From assembly GCA_946002045.1 (NCBI GenBank), contig CAMFYM010000001.1:1-63581 (forward strand): a stretch of DNA of 63,581 nucleotides. Reading direction: 5' to 3'. A model generated the notes under the pieces. The model was not told where the DNA came from. It searched no databases and saw only the letters and a list, made by a program, of their open reading frames with translations. Origin of the DNA: an uncultured Clostridia bacterium. GTDB taxonomy: Bacteria; Bacillota; Clostridia; Oscillospirales; Acutalibacteraceae. A program made the translations under genes and the position numbers. How positions within the stretch are numbered: the stretch's first letter is position 1; every line of letters starts with the position of its first letter. Below are positions 18,717-29,943 of the stretch, piece by piece.

Positions 18717-21700
18717 TTATTCTGCGTCTATGGTTGATACGCCAAGGGTTATTTCCTCAAGGACATCAAGGAGTACCTTTACTGTATCAAGAGATGTGAA
18801 CATAGTAACATTATTTTCAACTGCTGCACGCCTGATTTCAGAGCCGTCTGAGTGAGAGTCGCCTGCGTTAATATCTATTGTGTTGATAACATATGCAATA
18901 TGACCCTGGCGCAGTGCAATCAAAATTTCGTCACTGTCGTCAACAGTAAGCTTTTGACGAACTCTTGTGCGAATACCGTGTGACTTAAGGTATTTTGCCG
19001 TACCCTCTGTTGCCTCGATATTAAAGCCTAAATCATAAAAACGCTTTACAAGGGAAAGGGCTCTCGGCTTATCCTGATCGGCAATAGTAACTAAAACAGT
19101 ACCGTAGTTAGCAACATTCAAGCCGGAGGCCTGAATTGCTTTATATAAAGCCCTTGTGAGCTTTTTGTCATAGCCTATTGCTTCACCGGTTGACTTCATT
19201 TCCGGTGAAAGATATGTGTCCATACCCTTAAGCTTTGAGAAGGAGAAGGCAGGCGCTTTAACATACCAACGCTCCTTTTCCTTGGGATACACCTCTTTTA
19301 TACCCTGCTCCTTAAGAGAGTGACCGAGGATAACCTGTGTAGCAATATGTGCCATAGGAACAGAGGTTGCCTTTGATAGAAACGGTACGGTTCTTGATGA
19401 ACGAGGGTTAACCTCAATTACAAAAACATCGTCATTGTCGTCTGCAATAAACTGGATATTGAACAGACCTATAATACCGATTGCTTTACCAAGCTTAACG
19501 GTATAGTCGATAATTTTATCCTTAACCGACTGTGGTACGGAGAAGGTTGGGTAGATGGAAATTGAGTCACCTGAATGAACACCTGTTTTTTCTACATGCT
19601 CCATAATACCGGGGATGAATACATCCTCGCCGTCACATATAGCATCTACCTCTAACTCCTTACCCATAATATATTTATCAACAAGCACCGGCTGCTCTGT
19701 ATTTATTTCAACAGCAGTTTGCAGATAATGACGGAGTGATTCCTCGTTAGCAACAATCTGCATTGCACGACCACCTAATACGAAGGACGGACGAACCAGC
19801 ACAGGATAGCCGATTGATGCTGCAACACGGACACCCTCCTCAATATCGGTAACAGCCAAGCCCTTTGGCTGTGGAATACCAAGCTCCTCCATAACCTTTT
19901 CAAAGCTGTCTCTGTTTTCTGCTCTGTCGATAGCCTGAACGTCTGTACCGATAATCGGTACACCAAGGGCATCAAGTGGTGGTGCAAGGTTAATTGCAGT
20001 TTGACCACCTAACGAAACAACAATGCCTTCTGGATTTTCAAGAGTAATAATATTCATTACATCCTCAACGGTAAGAGGTTCAAAATAAAGCTTGTCTGAT
20101 GTGGTATAATCGGTTGATACTGTTTCAGGGTTATTATTGATGATAATAGCCTCGTAGCCGGCATCACGAATTGACCAAATTGCGTGAACGGTGGAATAGT
20201 CAAATTCAACACCCTGTCCGATACGGATAGGACCTGAGCCTAAAACTATAATCTTTTTTCTGTCTGAAACGATCGACTCATTTTCCTGCTCGTATGTTGA
20301 ATAGAAATACGGCACATAGGAATCAAACTCTGATGCACAGGTATCTATCATTTTATAAACAGGCATAATTCCGTTATCTTTTCTTAAACGGAAAATCTCT
20401 GCAGGAGTCTTGCCCCAAAGCTTGCCGATAAATTCATCGGAAACACCCATTTTCTTAGCGTCTTTAAGAGCTTCAATACTGCATTGATTATCTTTAATAT
20501 AACCCTCAAAATCAACAATGTTCTTGAATTTTTCAAGGAAGAACATATCAATTTTTGTGGCGTTGTAAATTCTTACAAGATCAACGCCTAAGCGAATTAG
20601 CTGTGCAATGGCAAATAATCTGTCATCGGTGCCGTTTTTGATATATTTCAAAAGCTCTTCCTCTGAATAATCATCGAACTTTTTATCATAAAGATGACAA
20701 ACGCCTGTTTCAAGAGAACGAACTGCTTTAAGCAAGCTTTCCTCCATTGTTCTGCCGATTGCCATAACCTCACCGGTAGCCTTCATTTGAGTGTTAAGGG
20801 TGTTATTTGCATCAGCAAATTTATCAAATGGGAAACGGGCAATCTTTGTAACAACATAGTCAAGAGTAGGCTCAAAGGAGGCAGGAGTATTAGCAATAGG
20901 AATTTCGTTAAGATACATACCTACTGAAATCTTTGCAGATACACGGGCAATAGGATAGCCCGACGCCTTTGATGCAAGAGCAGATGAACGAGATACTCTT
21001 GGGTTAACCTCTATCAAATAATATTGGAAGGAGTGTGGGTCAAGTGCAAATTGAACATTACAGCCACCCTCAATCTTAAGCTCTCTGATAATTCTTAATG
21101 CAGAATCACGGAGCATTTGATACTCTTTATTAGTAAGTGTTTGTGACGGAGCAACAACAACAGAGTCACCTGTATGAACACCGACAGGGTCGATATTCTC
21201 CATATTACAAATGGTGATTGCAGTATCGTTTGCGTCACGCATTACCTCGTATTCAATTTCCTTATATCCTTTAATACTCTTTTCCACAAGGACCTGATGA
21301 ACAGGAGAAAGAGCAAGGGCATTTTTCATTAAAAGAGTGAACTCCTCCTCATCATCGGCAAAGCCACCACCTGTACCACCTAATGTGAAGGCAGGACGAA
21401 GGACAACGGGAAAGCCGATTCTTCTTGCTGCGTCAAGTCCCTCCTCTAAGGATTCGGCAATTTCCGACGGGAGCACAGGCTCACCTAAGCTTTCGCAAAG
21501 CTCCTTGAAAAGCTCTCTGTCCTCTGCTCGCTCGATTGCCTCAAAGTTAGTACCGAGAATTTCTACATCACATTCCTCAAGCACTCCTTTTTTTGCAAGC
21601 TGTACTGCAAGGTTAAGACCTGTTTGTCCACCAAGGGAAGGCAGAATTGCGTCAGGTCTTTCGTGACGGATAATGCGAGCCACATATTCAAGATTAAGAG

Positions 21701-21902
21701 GCTCCATATATACCTTATCGGCTATATCGGTATCTGTCATAATTGTTGCAGGGTTTGAGTTGATGAGCACAACCTCATAGCCCTCCTCACGCAATGCAAG
21801 GCAAGCCTGTGTGCCTGAATAGTCAAATTCGGCAGCCTGTCCAATTACGATAGGACCTGAACCGATAACAAGAATTTTGTGTATATCTGTTCTTTTAGGC
21901 AT
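18717..21902 (-). CDS. carB: carbamoyl-phosphate synthase large subunit
   Basis: [24 protein letters not shown]; duplicated ATP-grasp domains; MGS domain. Confidence 0.98.
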   Translation of the reverse strand: MPKRTDIHKILVIGSGPIVIGQAAEFDYSGTQACLALREEGYEVVLINSNPATIMTDTDIADKVYMEPLNLEYVARIIRHERPDAILPSLGGQTGLNLAVQLAKKGVLEECDVEILGTNFEAIERAEDRELFKELCESLGEPVLPSEIAESLEEGLDAARRIGFPVVLRPAFTLGGTGGGFADDEEEFTLLMKNALALSPVHQVLVEKSIKGYKEIEYEVMRDANDTAITICNMENIDPVGVHTGDSVVVAPSQTLTNKEYQMLRDSALRIIRELKIEGGCNVQFALDPHSFQYYLIEVNPRVSRSSALASKASGYPIARVSAKISVGMYLNEIPIANTPASFEPTLDYVVTKIARFPFDKFADANNTLNTQMKATGEVMAIGRTMEESLLKAVRSLETGVCHLYDKKFDDYSEEELLKYIKNGTDDRLFAIAQLIRLGVDLVRIYNATKIDMFFLEKFKNIVDFEGYIKDNQCSIEALKDAKKMGVSDEFIGKLWGKTPAEIFRLRKDNGIMPVYKMIDTCASEFDSYVPYFYSTYEQENESIVSDRKKIIVLGSGPIRIGQGVEFDYSTVHAIWSIRDAGYEAIIINNNPETVSTDYTTSDKLYFEPLTVEDVMNIITLENPEGIVVSLGGQTAINLAPPLDALGVPIIGTDVQAIDRAENRDSFEKVMEELGIPQPKGLAVTDIEEGVRVAASIGYPVLVRPSFVLGGRAMQIVANEESLRHYLQTAVEINTEQPVLVDKYIMGKELEVDAICDGEDVFIPGIMEHVEKTGVHSGDSISIYPTFSVPQSVKDKIIDYTVKLGKAIGIIGLFNIQFIADDNDDVFVIEVNPRSSRTVPFLSKATSVPMAHIATQVILGHSLKEQGIKEVYPKEKERWYVKAPAFSFSKLKGMDTYLSPEMKSTGEAIGYDKKLTRALYKAIQASGLNVANYGTVLVTIADQDKPRALSLVKRFYDLGFNIEATEGTAKYLKSHGIRTRVRQKLTVDDSDEILIALRQGHIAYVINTIDINAGDSHSDGSEIRRAAVENNVTMFTSLDTVKVLLDVLEEITLGVSTIDAE

Positions 21903-22992
21903 TGTTGTTAACCTCCTTTTCCATCAATAAAATAAACTCATCAAAAAGATATGAGCTGTCCTGTGGACCGGGTGCACTCTCCGGATGGTATTGAACGGAA
22001 AACAGCTTGTTTTCCTCTGACTTAACACCCTCTGCCGTTTCATCAAGCAGATTCTTATGAGTAAGAGTAAGTGGTGTTCCCTCCAGTGATTTTAAATCAA
22101 CTGCGTATGAGTGGTTCTGTGAGGTTATTTCAATTTTGCCGTTTTGAATATTCATAACAGGATGATTACCACCTCTGTGACCGAATTTCATCTTAAAGGT
22201 TGATGCACCAAGTGCAAGTGAAATCATTTGGTGACCAAGGCAAATACCGAATATGGGAAGCTTGCCCTTAAGCTCACGAACAACATTGATAACCTCCTGA
22301 ACATCCTCCGGATTGCCCGGTCCGTTTGAAAGGAAAAGTCCGTCAGGCTTCATATTCAGGATTTCCTGGCTTGTTGTATTATAGGGCACAACCGTAACAT
22401 TACAACCCTTTTCGTTAAGGCTTCTTATAATATTATGCTTAATGCCGCAATCAATGGCAACAACATCATACTTATGATTGGGAGTTCTTGAATACCAGCG
22501 TTTTTTACAGCTGACACGGGAAACCATATCTGTTGGAATAACATAGTCACGAACTCTTTTTAATGCCTCATCATATGGTACATCGGCATTACAAATTATG
22601 ACCTTTTGTGAGCCTTCATCACGAATAATTCTTGTAATCATCCTTGTATCAACACCACTGATACCGGGTATATTATATTCGTCTAACACCTCTGACAGAG
22701 TTTTTGTGTAACGGAAGTTAGACGGTAAATCGTTATACTCACGAACTATAAGACCACCCATTGTAGGTACTTTTGTTTCGTAATCCTCATCGTTAACACC
22801 GTAGTTGCCGATAAGAGGATATGTCATACATACCATTTGATCGGTATAGCTTGGGTCGGAAATAATCTCCTGATAACCTACCATTGAAGTGTTAAATACA
22901 ATCTCGTTAATTGCTTCAACATCTGCACCAAAGCCATAGCCGTAAAATTCCTGTCCGTTTTCAAGAACAATTTTTTTATCAAACGCCTTCAT
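21895..22992 (-). CDS. carA: carbamoyl-phosphate synthase small subunit
   Basis: [15 protein letters not shown] and VQYHPE motifs. Confidence 0.97.
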   Translation of the reverse strand: MKAFDKKIVLENGQEFYGYGFGADVEAINEIVFNTSMVGYQEIISDPSYTDQMVCMTYPLIGNYGVNDEDYETKVPTMGGLIVREYNDLPSNFRYTKTLSEVLDEYNIPGISGVDTRMITRIIRDEGSQKVIICNADVPYDEALKRVRDYVIPTDMVSRVSCKKRWYSRTPNHKYDVVAIDCGIKHNIIRSLNEKGCNVTVVPYNTTSQEILNMKPDGLFLSNGPGNPEDVQEVINVVRELKGKLPIFGICLGHQMISLALGASTFKMKFGHRGGNHPVMNIQNGKIEITSQNHSYAVDLKSLEGTPLTLTHKNLLDETAEGVKSEENKLFSVQYHPESAPGPQDSSYLFDEFILLMEKEVNNNA

Positions 22993-24253
22993 AAACTATC
23001 TCCCCTCTGTATATTGTTAAAAGGTTTTCACCCTGTAATTCCCAATCTTTAAACGGTGTTGCCTTGCCCATTGACACAAAGTCATTAGGGTTAACCGTCC
23101 ATTTTTTGTCAGCATCAAGCAGAGCTAAGTCAGCAACTGCACCCTCCTTAATTTCTCCACCCTCAATACCGAAAATCTCTCTTGGGCGAACTGACATAAT
23201 TTCAACTAATTTTTCAAGAGTGATTACTCCTGTTTTTACAAGCTTAGTGTTAAGCACTGCAAATGCTGTTTCAAGTCCCACAACACCCATTGCAGATTTT
23301 TCAAGTCCTTTTGACTTTTCGTCCATTGAATGGGGTGCATGGTCGGTGGCGATAACATCAACCGTTCCGTCTATGATACCCTCTATAAGCGCATCCCTGT
23401 CCTGTGCTGAACGAAGTGGAGGATTCATCTTAAATCTGCCGTCCTCCTGCAAGTCCATATCGCACATTGTCAGGTAATGAGGTCCTGTTTCACAGGTGAC
23501 ATTAACACCCCTTGCCTTTGCTTTTCTTATAATATCTACACTTTCCTTTGTGGAAATGTGGCACACATGGTACTGACATCCGGTCTCCTCTGCCAAAATA
23601 CAGTCACGCTCAATCTGCTCCCACTCGGATTGAGAGCAAATACCTTTGTGGTTATGCAATCGTGCATACTCGCCCTGATGAATATATCCACCGTTAAGCA
23701 GACTGTTAACCTCACAATGAGCCGAAATAATTTTATTAAGTCGTGCACATTCTGTCATTGCCTTACGCATTACATCATCATCCTGCACACCTGTTCCGTC
23801 ATCGGAAAAGCCCACCACATCGTCAGAGATTGATTTAAAATCAATTACCTCTCCTTTTCCTGTGCGACCCTTGGTAATTGTGCCAAAGGGTAAGACCTGA
23901 ATAACAGCGTCCCTTTTGATAATATCTGTTTGAGCCTTAAGACCGTCAATGCTATCAGGGGCAGGATTAAGATTAGGCATGGTACAAAGAGTGGTATATC
24001 CTGCTCTTGCACCTGCAAGAGTGCCTGTTTTAACAGTCTCCTTATAAGAAAAACCGGGCTCACGAAGATGTGTATGAACATCAACGAAACCCGGAATTAA
24101 AAAATACTTACCCTGTGCGTCAAGGACTTTGTCTGCGTTAATTGATGAAATAGAAATACCAAGGCTATGAATTTTACCGTTTTGGATAAAAACATCTAAC
24201 TTTTTAAATGTTTTGTCAACATATGTCAAAGCATTTTTTATAAGCAAAGTCAT
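22979..24253 (-). CDS. pyrC: dihydroorotase
   Basis: DVHTHLREPG, KMNPPLR and ATDHAPH motifs; AAAGGGA RBS supports ATG at 24253 (ORF track extends to 24304). Confidence 0.95.
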   Translation of the reverse strand: MTLLIKNALTYVDKTFKKLDVFIQNGKIHSLGISISSINADKVLDAQGKYFLIPGFVDVHTHLREPGFSYKETVKTGTLAGARAGYTTLCTMPNLNPAPDSIDGLKAQTDIIKRDAVIQVLPFGTITKGRTGKGEVIDFKSISDDVVGFSDDGTGVQDDDVMRKAMTECARLNKIISAHCEVNSLLNGGYIHQGEYARLHNHKGICSQSEWEQIERDCILAEETGCQYHVCHISTKESVDIIRKAKARGVNVTCETGPHYLTMCDMDLQEDGRFKMNPPLRSAQDRDALIEGIIDGTVDVIATDHAPHSMDEKSKGLEKSAMGVVGLETAFAVLNTKLVKTGVITLEKLVEIMSVRPREIFGIEGGEIKEGAVADLALLDADKKWTVNPNDFVSMGKATPFKDWELQGENLLTIYRGEIVYEGV

Positions 24254-24295
24254 AACTGAATTCCCTTTCATATTATTTGATGAAGATAATCTCCA

Positions 24296-24336
24296 CAAAT
24301 TCAATTCATTATAATATATAACTGCAATTAAGTCAA
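24296..24336 (-). promoter_or_regulatory. sigma-A promoter of the pyr operon with AATTTG initial transcript
   Basis: TTGACT-17 nt-TATAAT-GAATTG-AATTTG. Confidence 0.75.
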
Positions 24337-24368
24337 TAAATATTTATACAAAAACACACAAAATTCAG

Positions 24369-25694
24369 CTAATTATTTTTAATAAATTCAATTAGCTTTA
24401 ATTTATCGTTTTCAACCTTACCGTCAATAACTGCATTAAGGATTATATTAAGACATTCGCCAATCTCTTTACCCTTATAGCCAAGTGCAATTATATCATT
24501 ACCGTTTACTGCTAAATCCTTAACGCTAAACGGCTCACCCTGTGCAATGATAGTGTTTATTCGGCTTTCGGTAATATTTAATTTTTCAAGCTCCGTCTGC
24601 GTCATTTCAGGATTTTGTGCCAGCTTATCGGCACGCTTAACCTCTACTAAATCACGAAGCTGTGCCTCGCCCACTCTTGACAGCCACCTTTTAATTTTTT
24701 TCTCGTCTGTACCTATATGCATATCGTGAATAGGCACTAAAGACATTACACGATTATAAATCTCATTAGACACCTTAAAGCGTTTGAGGACACTCTCGGC
24801 ATAATATGCACTTATTTGCTGGTGACCTCTAAAATGGTCAACGCCTAATGCATCGGTAGTTCTTGTATAAGCCTTGCCTATATCGTGAAGGAGCATTGTC
24901 AGGCGAAGTGACAGGTCCTTGGGTGCGCTCTCTACCGATTTACAGGTATGCTCCCAAACATTGTATATATGCCAATTAGTGTTTTGGGGTACATTGAATA
25001 TTGCTTGAAGTTCCGGAATAATAACAGCAATAATATCCCTGTATTCAACAAGAGTGTTAAATACATTATCGCCTAAAAGAAGCTTGGATAATTCTGCAAA
25101 TAATCTTTCAACAGATACATTTTTCAGCAGCTCTTTATTATCGAACAGGGCTTTTTTTGTTTTGCTCTCAATTTCAAAGGACAAAACAGATGAAAAGCGA
25201 ATTGCTCTCATTATTCTTAAGGCATCCTCTTTAAACCTTGCATCAGGGTCTCCCACTGCTCTTATGAGTTTATCTTCTATATCCTGCTGACCACCGAAGG
25301 CATCTACTATTCCCCTACTGTCGTTATAAGCAAGGGCGTTTATTGTAAAATCACGCCTTGATAAATCCTCCCTGAGATTCGTTACAAATGACACATTTTC
25401 GGGATGGCGACTGTCTAAGTAGCTGCCATCGGTACGATAGGTTGTAATTTCATAGCTTTCGTAATCAAGCAAGGCAGTAACAGTACCGTGCTTTAAGCCG
25501 GTTTCAATAAACCTAATATGGTTATCGGTTAATATTTGCTCTATCTCGAAGGGAGTTGCAGAGGTGGCAATATCAACATCGTCACAGCCTCTGCCCAGCA
25601 AATAATCACGGACACAGCCACCAACGGCATACGCCTCATATCCCTGCTGCTCAATAACAGAAATCAGTTTTTTAGCATTATTTGATAATGTCAC
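24369..25694 (-). CDS. cca: CCA tRNA nucleotidyltransferase with HD domain
   Basis: VGGCVRD, DVDIAT, RRDFTINA, EDALRIMRA and LLHDIGK motifs. Confidence 0.92.
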   Translation of the reverse strand: MTLSNNAKKLISVIEQQGYEAYAVGGCVRDYLLGRGCDDVDIATSATPFEIEQILTDNHIRFIETGLKHGTVTALLDYESYEITTYRTDGSYLDSRHPENVSFVTNLREDLSRRDFTINALAYNDSRGIVDAFGGQQDIEDKLIRAVGDPDARFKEDALRIMRAIRFSSVLSFEIESKTKKALFDNKELLKNVSVERLFAELSKLLLGDNVFNTLVEYRDIIAVIIPELQAIFNVPQNTNWHIYNVWEHTCKSVESAPKDLSLRLTMLLHDIGKAYTRTTDALGVDHFRGHQQISAYYAESVLKRFKVSNEIYNRVMSLVPIHDMHIGTDEKKIKRWLSRVGEAQLRDLVEVKRADKLAQNPEMTQTELEKLNITESRINTIIAQGEPFSVKDLAVNGNDIIALGYKGKEIGECLNIILNAVIDGKVENDKLKLIEFIKNN

Positions 25695-25760
25695 CTTCTC
25701 ACCCCTTTTAAGAAAAAATTACTATTTTTATTTTAACATCTAAATCGGCATAATACAAGT

Positions 25761-26141
25761 ATGAGAATGTTTTTTAATTATTTATTTGTTGCAATAATCG
25801 GTGGCTTTGGCTACTGTCTTATAGAGATAATTTGGAGAGGAAGAACTCATTATTCTATGTTTTTTGCAGGGGCAATAATCCTTTGTGTTTTTTATTTTAT
25901 CAGCATAAATTATTCACTGCCGTTATGGAAAAAGTGTATCATAGGAATGTTGATTATAACGGTAATTGAGCTTGCCATAGGCGTAGTTTTTAATATTATG
26001 CTTGGTGAAAATGTTTGGGATTATTCAAATATGCCACTTAATTTTTTGGGTCAGATTTGTGTTCCGTTTTCACTGCTGTGGCTATTGCTTTCCGGTGTGG
26101 CATTTAAGATTATAGATGTAATAAAAAGAGTGTTGATTTAA
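25761..26141 (+). CDS. putative ABC-transporter permease-like membrane protein (CmpB/DUF1113-like)
   Basis: EIIWRGRTH and WDYSNMPLNFLGQIC motifs; four TM segments. Confidence 0.8.
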   Translation: MRMFFNYLFVAIIGGFGYCLIEIIWRGRTHYSMFFAGAIILCVFYFISINYSLPLWKKCIIGMLIITVIELAIGVVFNIMLGENVWDYSNMPLNFLGQICVPFSLLWLLLSGVAFKIIDVIKRVLI

Positions 26142-26160
26142 CAGAATTATCAACACTCTT
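26126..26160. terminator. bidirectional terminator hairpin
   Basis: AAGAGTGTTGAT-11 nt-ATCAACACTCTT between convergent genes. Confidence 0.65.
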
Positions 26161-26163
26161 AAT

Positions 26164-26553
26164 TTATTCAAACTCAATTTTTACAGGATTTTTCTTGTTG
26201 AATTTTTCTAACTCCTCTTTAAGCAGACTTATTTCGTCCTCACTTAACAAATCCTTTTCCTCCGGATAATCCCATCGGTCAAAGGGATTAGACTTGGTGC
26301 AAAGCATTTTGCCGTTAGATAATTCCCAAGGAAATTCAATTATTTTTCTCTTATTTTTAACAAAGTACAAAACGCCTGTGCTGCCATTTGATATGTTTTT
26401 AAAATAAGCAAGGCTGTTTGCCTCCTTCATTAAAATCCTAATCTGCTGGTCAGGTGGCAGCTTCCTAAACTGACTGCGATTTATTAAAGGGAAAATCACA
26501 ATACCTAAGGCTGCCAAAATCAATATGATAATTATAATTTTTACTGCTGTCAT
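26164..26553 (-). CDS. hypothetical protein with N-terminal membrane anchor
   Basis: 129-aa ORF with AGGTGA RBS, in operon context. Confidence 0.7.
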   Translation of the reverse strand: MTAVKIIIIILILAALGIVIFPLINRSQFRKLPPDQQIRILMKEANSLAYFKNISNGSTGVLYFVKNKRKIIEFPWELSNGKMLCTKSNPFDRWDYPEEKDLLSEDEISLLKEELEKFNKKNPVKIEFE

Positions 26554-26564
26554 AGGCTCACCTG

Positions 26565-27680
26565 TTATTTAAAATACATATAGTACTGACATTTAATCAT
26601 ACCGTTATAAAGCTTTCTTCTTTTATCTGCTTTTCTGCCAAAAACCTTTTCAAACTCCTCGTCAGGAGAAATAATACCGTAAGACCAGCCGTATTTGGAA
26701 ACAAAGCTTTCTCCCATAGATTTATAAAGCTCCTCTGCCTTTTTTATATCAAGCATACGCTCACCATAGGGTGGGTTGGTAATAAGTGTCCCCTTTTCTG
26801 TTGTAGGAGTAAAGAGCCTAACATCCCTTTGTTCAAGATGAATAAACCTGTCCACCTTAATTCTTTTTGCATTATTCATTGTCAGCTCAAGAGCGTGAGG
26901 GTCAATATCACTGCCAAAGGCTGTAAAATCAGTATCGGTTTTAATTAAGTCGTGACATCTTTCTCGTTCACTAATCCATGCAGACTCAGGAATAAAGCCC
27001 CAACGGTCACACTCAAAATTCCTGTTAATCCCGGGGGCAATATTATTAGCCATCATAGCACCCTCTATTAGAATTGTGCCACTACCACAGCAAGGGTCAT
27101 AAAGGGTGTGATAATGACGAAGTCTTGATAAATTGCAAAGTGCAGCAGCCAGTGTTTCTCTGATAGGTGCATCGTTAGACTCCGGACGGTAACCTCTTTT
27201 ATGAAGACCTCTGCCTGATGTATCAAGCATAATTGTGACCTGATTCTTCATAATAGAAAACTGTATTTGATGAACAGGTCCCGTTTCCTCAAACCAAGAT
27301 GTATTATAGTCTGCTTTAAGTGATTCAACCACTGCTTTTTTTATAATCTTTTGGCAATCGGGAACAGAATGAAGTTCTGAATTTATGCTATATCCTTTAA
27401 CAGGAAATGTATCGGCAGAGCCTATAAACTCCGACCAAGGCAACGATTTAACACCTTGAAACAGCTCTTCAAAGGTTACTGCGTTAAAGGTGTCAAGAAC
27501 AATCAAAATCCTTTCGGCATATCTGCTGTTTATATTTGCTCGGCATAGTATATTCTCGTCACCCTCAAAAAATACTCTGCCGTTTTGAGCAGACACATTT
27601 TGTGCCTCCATAAATTTCAGCTCATCTGCCACCAAGCTCTCTAATCCTAAAAGGCAGGGTGCAACCATTCTTAAATACAT
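26565..27680 (-). CDS. THUMP-domain SAM-dependent RNA methyltransferase (RlmL/YpsC-like)
   Basis: LHKRGYR, APIRETLAAA, DPCCGSGT and TNPPYGER motifs. Confidence 0.92.
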   Translation of the reverse strand: MYLRMVAPCLLGLESLVADELKFMEAQNVSAQNGRVFFEGDENILCRANINSRYAERILIVLDTFNAVTFEELFQGVKSLPWSEFIGSADTFPVKGYSINSELHSVPDCQKIIKKAVVESLKADYNTSWFEETGPVHQIQFSIMKNQVTIMLDTSGRGLHKRGYRPESNDAPIRETLAAALCNLSRLRHYHTLYDPCCGSGTILIEGAMMANNIAPGINRNFECDRWGFIPESAWISERERCHDLIKTDTDFTAFGSDIDPHALELTMNNAKRIKVDRFIHLEQRDVRLFTPTTEKGTLITNPPYGERMLDIKKAEELYKSMGESFVSKYGWSYGIISPDEEFEKVFGRKADKRRKLYNGMIKCQYYMYFK

Positions 27681-27692
27681 AATCTTGTTCCT

Positions 27693-28538
27693 TTAAATAA
27701 TTTTACTTGCGTGTCTTGTTACATGACAGCCTACATTAACTGCAACAGGAAGTCCTGCAATGTGAGTTGGGTATGTTTCAATATTAACACAAAGAGCAGT
27801 TGTTAAGCCACCAAAGCCCTGTGGACCAATGTTAAGGTTGTTAATTTTATCAAGCATTTCCTGCTCCATTTGAGCATAAAAATCATCATCGTTTCTTTTT
27901 GAAACGCTCCTGCAAAGTGCCTTTTTTGCAAGGATTGCACTATACTCAAAATCCCCACCTATACCGACACCGATAACAACAGGCGGACAAGGGTTAGAGC
28001 CTGCAGCTTTTACTGTATCCACAACAAAATCAACAATATCCTCTCTTTTTGCAGAGGGTGTGAACATTTTAAGTCTGCTCATATTTTCGCTTCCAAAGCC
28101 CTTGGGCGCAGCAACAATTTTTATTTGCTCACCATCTACAATAGATGTGTGAATAACAGCAGGAGTATTATCGTTAGTATTAACTCTGCTTTTAAACGGG
28201 TCGGACACAACAGACTTACGAAGGAGTCCGTCAATATATCCCTGTCTTACACCCTCGTTAACTGCTTTCTCAAAGGAATTACCCACAATATGAACATCCT
28301 GTCCTATTTCTGCAAAAATAACAGCCATACCTGTATCCTGACAGACAGGTATATCAAGCTCCTTGGCAGCATCAATATTAGCCTGCAAATCCGATAAAAT
28401 TGATTTTGCAGTTGAATTATTCTCAATCCTTTGACGGCAGGAGATACAATCCACCAAATCATCAGGCAAGACCTTGTTGGCACTTATTACTAATTCCCTG
28501 ACTGTATCGGTAATTACACTTGCGTTAATCTCTCTCAT
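27693..28538 (-). CDS. class I fumarate hydratase / tartrate dehydratase alpha subunit
   Basis: PVCQDTG, PKGFGSENMS, NPCPP and PTHIAGLPVAVN.GCH motifs. Confidence 0.92.
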   Translation of the reverse strand: MREINASVITDTVRELVISANKVLPDDLVDCISCRQRIENNSTAKSILSDLQANIDAAKELDIPVCQDTGMAVIFAEIGQDVHIVGNSFEKAVNEGVRQGYIDGLLRKSVVSDPFKSRVNTNDNTPAVIHTSIVDGEQIKIVAAPKGFGSENMSRLKMFTPSAKREDIVDFVVDTVKAAGSNPCPPVVIGVGIGGDFEYSAILAKKALCRSVSKRNDDDFYAQMEQEMLDKINNLNIGPQGFGGLTTALCVNIETYPTHIAGLPVAVNVGCHVTRHASKII

Positions 28539-28559
28539 ATCTAAACCTCATAACATCAT

Positions 28560-28585
28560 AAAAAAAGACCGAGCAAGTCGGTCTT
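28560..28585 (-). terminator. intrinsic terminator after divIC
   Basis: AAGACCGA-5 nt-TCGGTCTT plus a U-tract. Confidence 0.75.
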
Positions 28586-28592
28586 AAATTTA

Positions 28593-28925
28593 TTATTCCG
28601 TGGCTGAAATATCGTAAAAAACAGTTTCGTCTGATTTTACATAGCCCTCTTCACGAGCCTTTTGCTCAATATAATCATCCTTGTTATCGCTGTTAAGAAC
28701 AGCCTCCAGCTCTTCGTTAATTTTTTCCTGCTCCTCCAGCTTGGCTGCAACCTCCTGCTTTTGAATTTCAAGTCGTTTTATATCGGAATTTTGGTTGGCA
28801 ATCTTGATACCGAAAAGAGCAAACACTACTGCTAATGCAACAATAAGGGCTACCATTGTTAAATTCTTTTTTGAAGCAGCAAATTCCTTAAAGGAAAATT
28901 TCTTCTTCCTTGCTTTCTTTTCCAT
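28593..28925 (-). CDS. divIC: septum formation initiator (FtsB/DivIC family)
   Basis: TM segment, coiled coil and YIEQKAREEGYVKSDE; follows yabQ. Confidence 0.82.
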   Translation of the reverse strand: MEKKARKKKFSFKEFAASKKNLTMVALIVALAVVFALFGIKIANQNSDIKRLEIQKQEVAAKLEEQEKINEELEAVLNSDNKDDYIEQKAREEGYVKSDETVFYDISATE

Positions 28926-29337
28926 CCTCGGTCACCTTAACATCCTTTTTAAATAAAGAAACAGTTTTAACATATTTATTATAATATATATGCCACTTTG
29001 ATTGCAACTGTTTTTTAAAACTTTTAAGCAGATTTTTCATTTTATTCATCATTCGTTTTAAGCCGACTGATAGTTTTATTTCAATACCTTTTGTAACATA
29101 GCCTAAGGTAAAAATATAAAGCAAAAAGCCAATAAAAATAAATATGAAATTTATTGTTCTTAACGAACCGTTTTGGAATATAAGGAAATAAGAAAACACT
29201 GTAAATGCAGAAATAATCCAAAACAAAAAATCAAATACAAATTTATCGTTAAAGGTTAATCTTAATAGCCTTGATATGTCATAAAGCAGACCTAATGCAC
29301 AACCGACAACAACAGCATAAAACAGTGACTCAGCCAC
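28888..29337 (-). CDS. yabQ: spore cortex biosynthesis protein YabQ
   Basis: GLLYDISRLLR, DFLFW and NGSLR motifs; position after yabP; GTG start. Confidence 0.82.
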   Translation of the reverse strand: MAESLFYAVVVGCALGLLYDISRLLRLTFNDKFVFDFLFWIISAFTVFSYFLIFQNGSLRTINFIFIFIGFLLYIFTLGYVTKGIEIKLSVGLKRMMNKMKNLLKSFKKQLQSKWHIYYNKYVKTVSLFKKDVKVTEDGKESKEEEIFL

Positions 29338-29596
29338 CGAACAGCCTTTTAGCAAGAGAGGACTTGGTGACCTTTTCGTTATAGATTAGTGCACTTATTT
29401 TACCACTGACGGCCAATAGCTTTGATTCGATGCTTAGCTCCTCAATATGAAGCTTTTCGCCTTTAATATTTAACTCTCCGAAATCACAGGATGCAATTAT
29501 TTCCTGCTCATTAAAGGCTTCAACATCATTTATCCCCGTTACTGTAAGACTTGACCTATCGCAAAGTGTTAAGGTATGCTGTGTTTCGTTTTCCAT
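29330..29596 (-). CDS. yabP: sporulation protein YabP
   Basis: LTVTGINDVEAFNE and GELNIKGEKLHI motifs. Confidence 0.88.
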   Translation of the reverse strand: MENETQHTLTLCDRSSLTVTGINDVEAFNEQEIIASCDFGELNIKGEKLHIEELSIESKLLAVSGKISALIYNEKVTKSSLAKRLFGG

Positions 29597-29640
29597 AAAA
29601 AAATCACCTGCAAATAAATATGCAGGCGAAAGGGAAAATA

Positions 29641-29880
29641 TTATAAAATCTCGTACATTTTTAGTGCGTCTTCCTTAAGTGCATGCTCCGACACAGCAAG
29701 CACACGATATGTTTTTGTGTTAGTGCCTAATGAAATTTTAATAACATCCCCCACCTTAACATCGTAGGAGGCACGAGCAATTTTGTTATTAACCTCAACC
29801 TTGCCGGCGTCGCAGGCTTCGTTAGCAACAGTACGCCTTTTTATAATTCTTGACACCTTTAAATACTTATCTAATCTCAT
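29641..29880 (-). CDS. yabO: S4-domain RNA-binding protein YabO/RqcP
   Basis: MRLDKYLKVSRIIKRRTVANEACD. Confidence 0.93.
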   Translation of the reverse strand: MRLDKYLKVSRIIKRRTVANEACDAGKVEVNNKIARASYDVKVGDVIKISLGTNTKTYRVLAVSEHALKEDALKMYEIL

Positions 29881-29900
29881 ATTTATTCAACCTAATTTTA

Positions 29901-29929
29901 AAAAATCAGGCACCGAATATATCGGTGCC
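29901..29929 (-). terminator. terminator after hup
   Basis: GGCACCGA-5 nt-TCGGTGCC followed by a U-rich tract. Confidence 0.6.
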
Positions 29930-29943
29930 CTTGAAATCAAAAC

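Noticed and set aside
29605-29645. sigma-E promoter for yabP
   Set aside because: ATA-N16-CATATTTA fits expectation from Bacillus but is too degenerate to call
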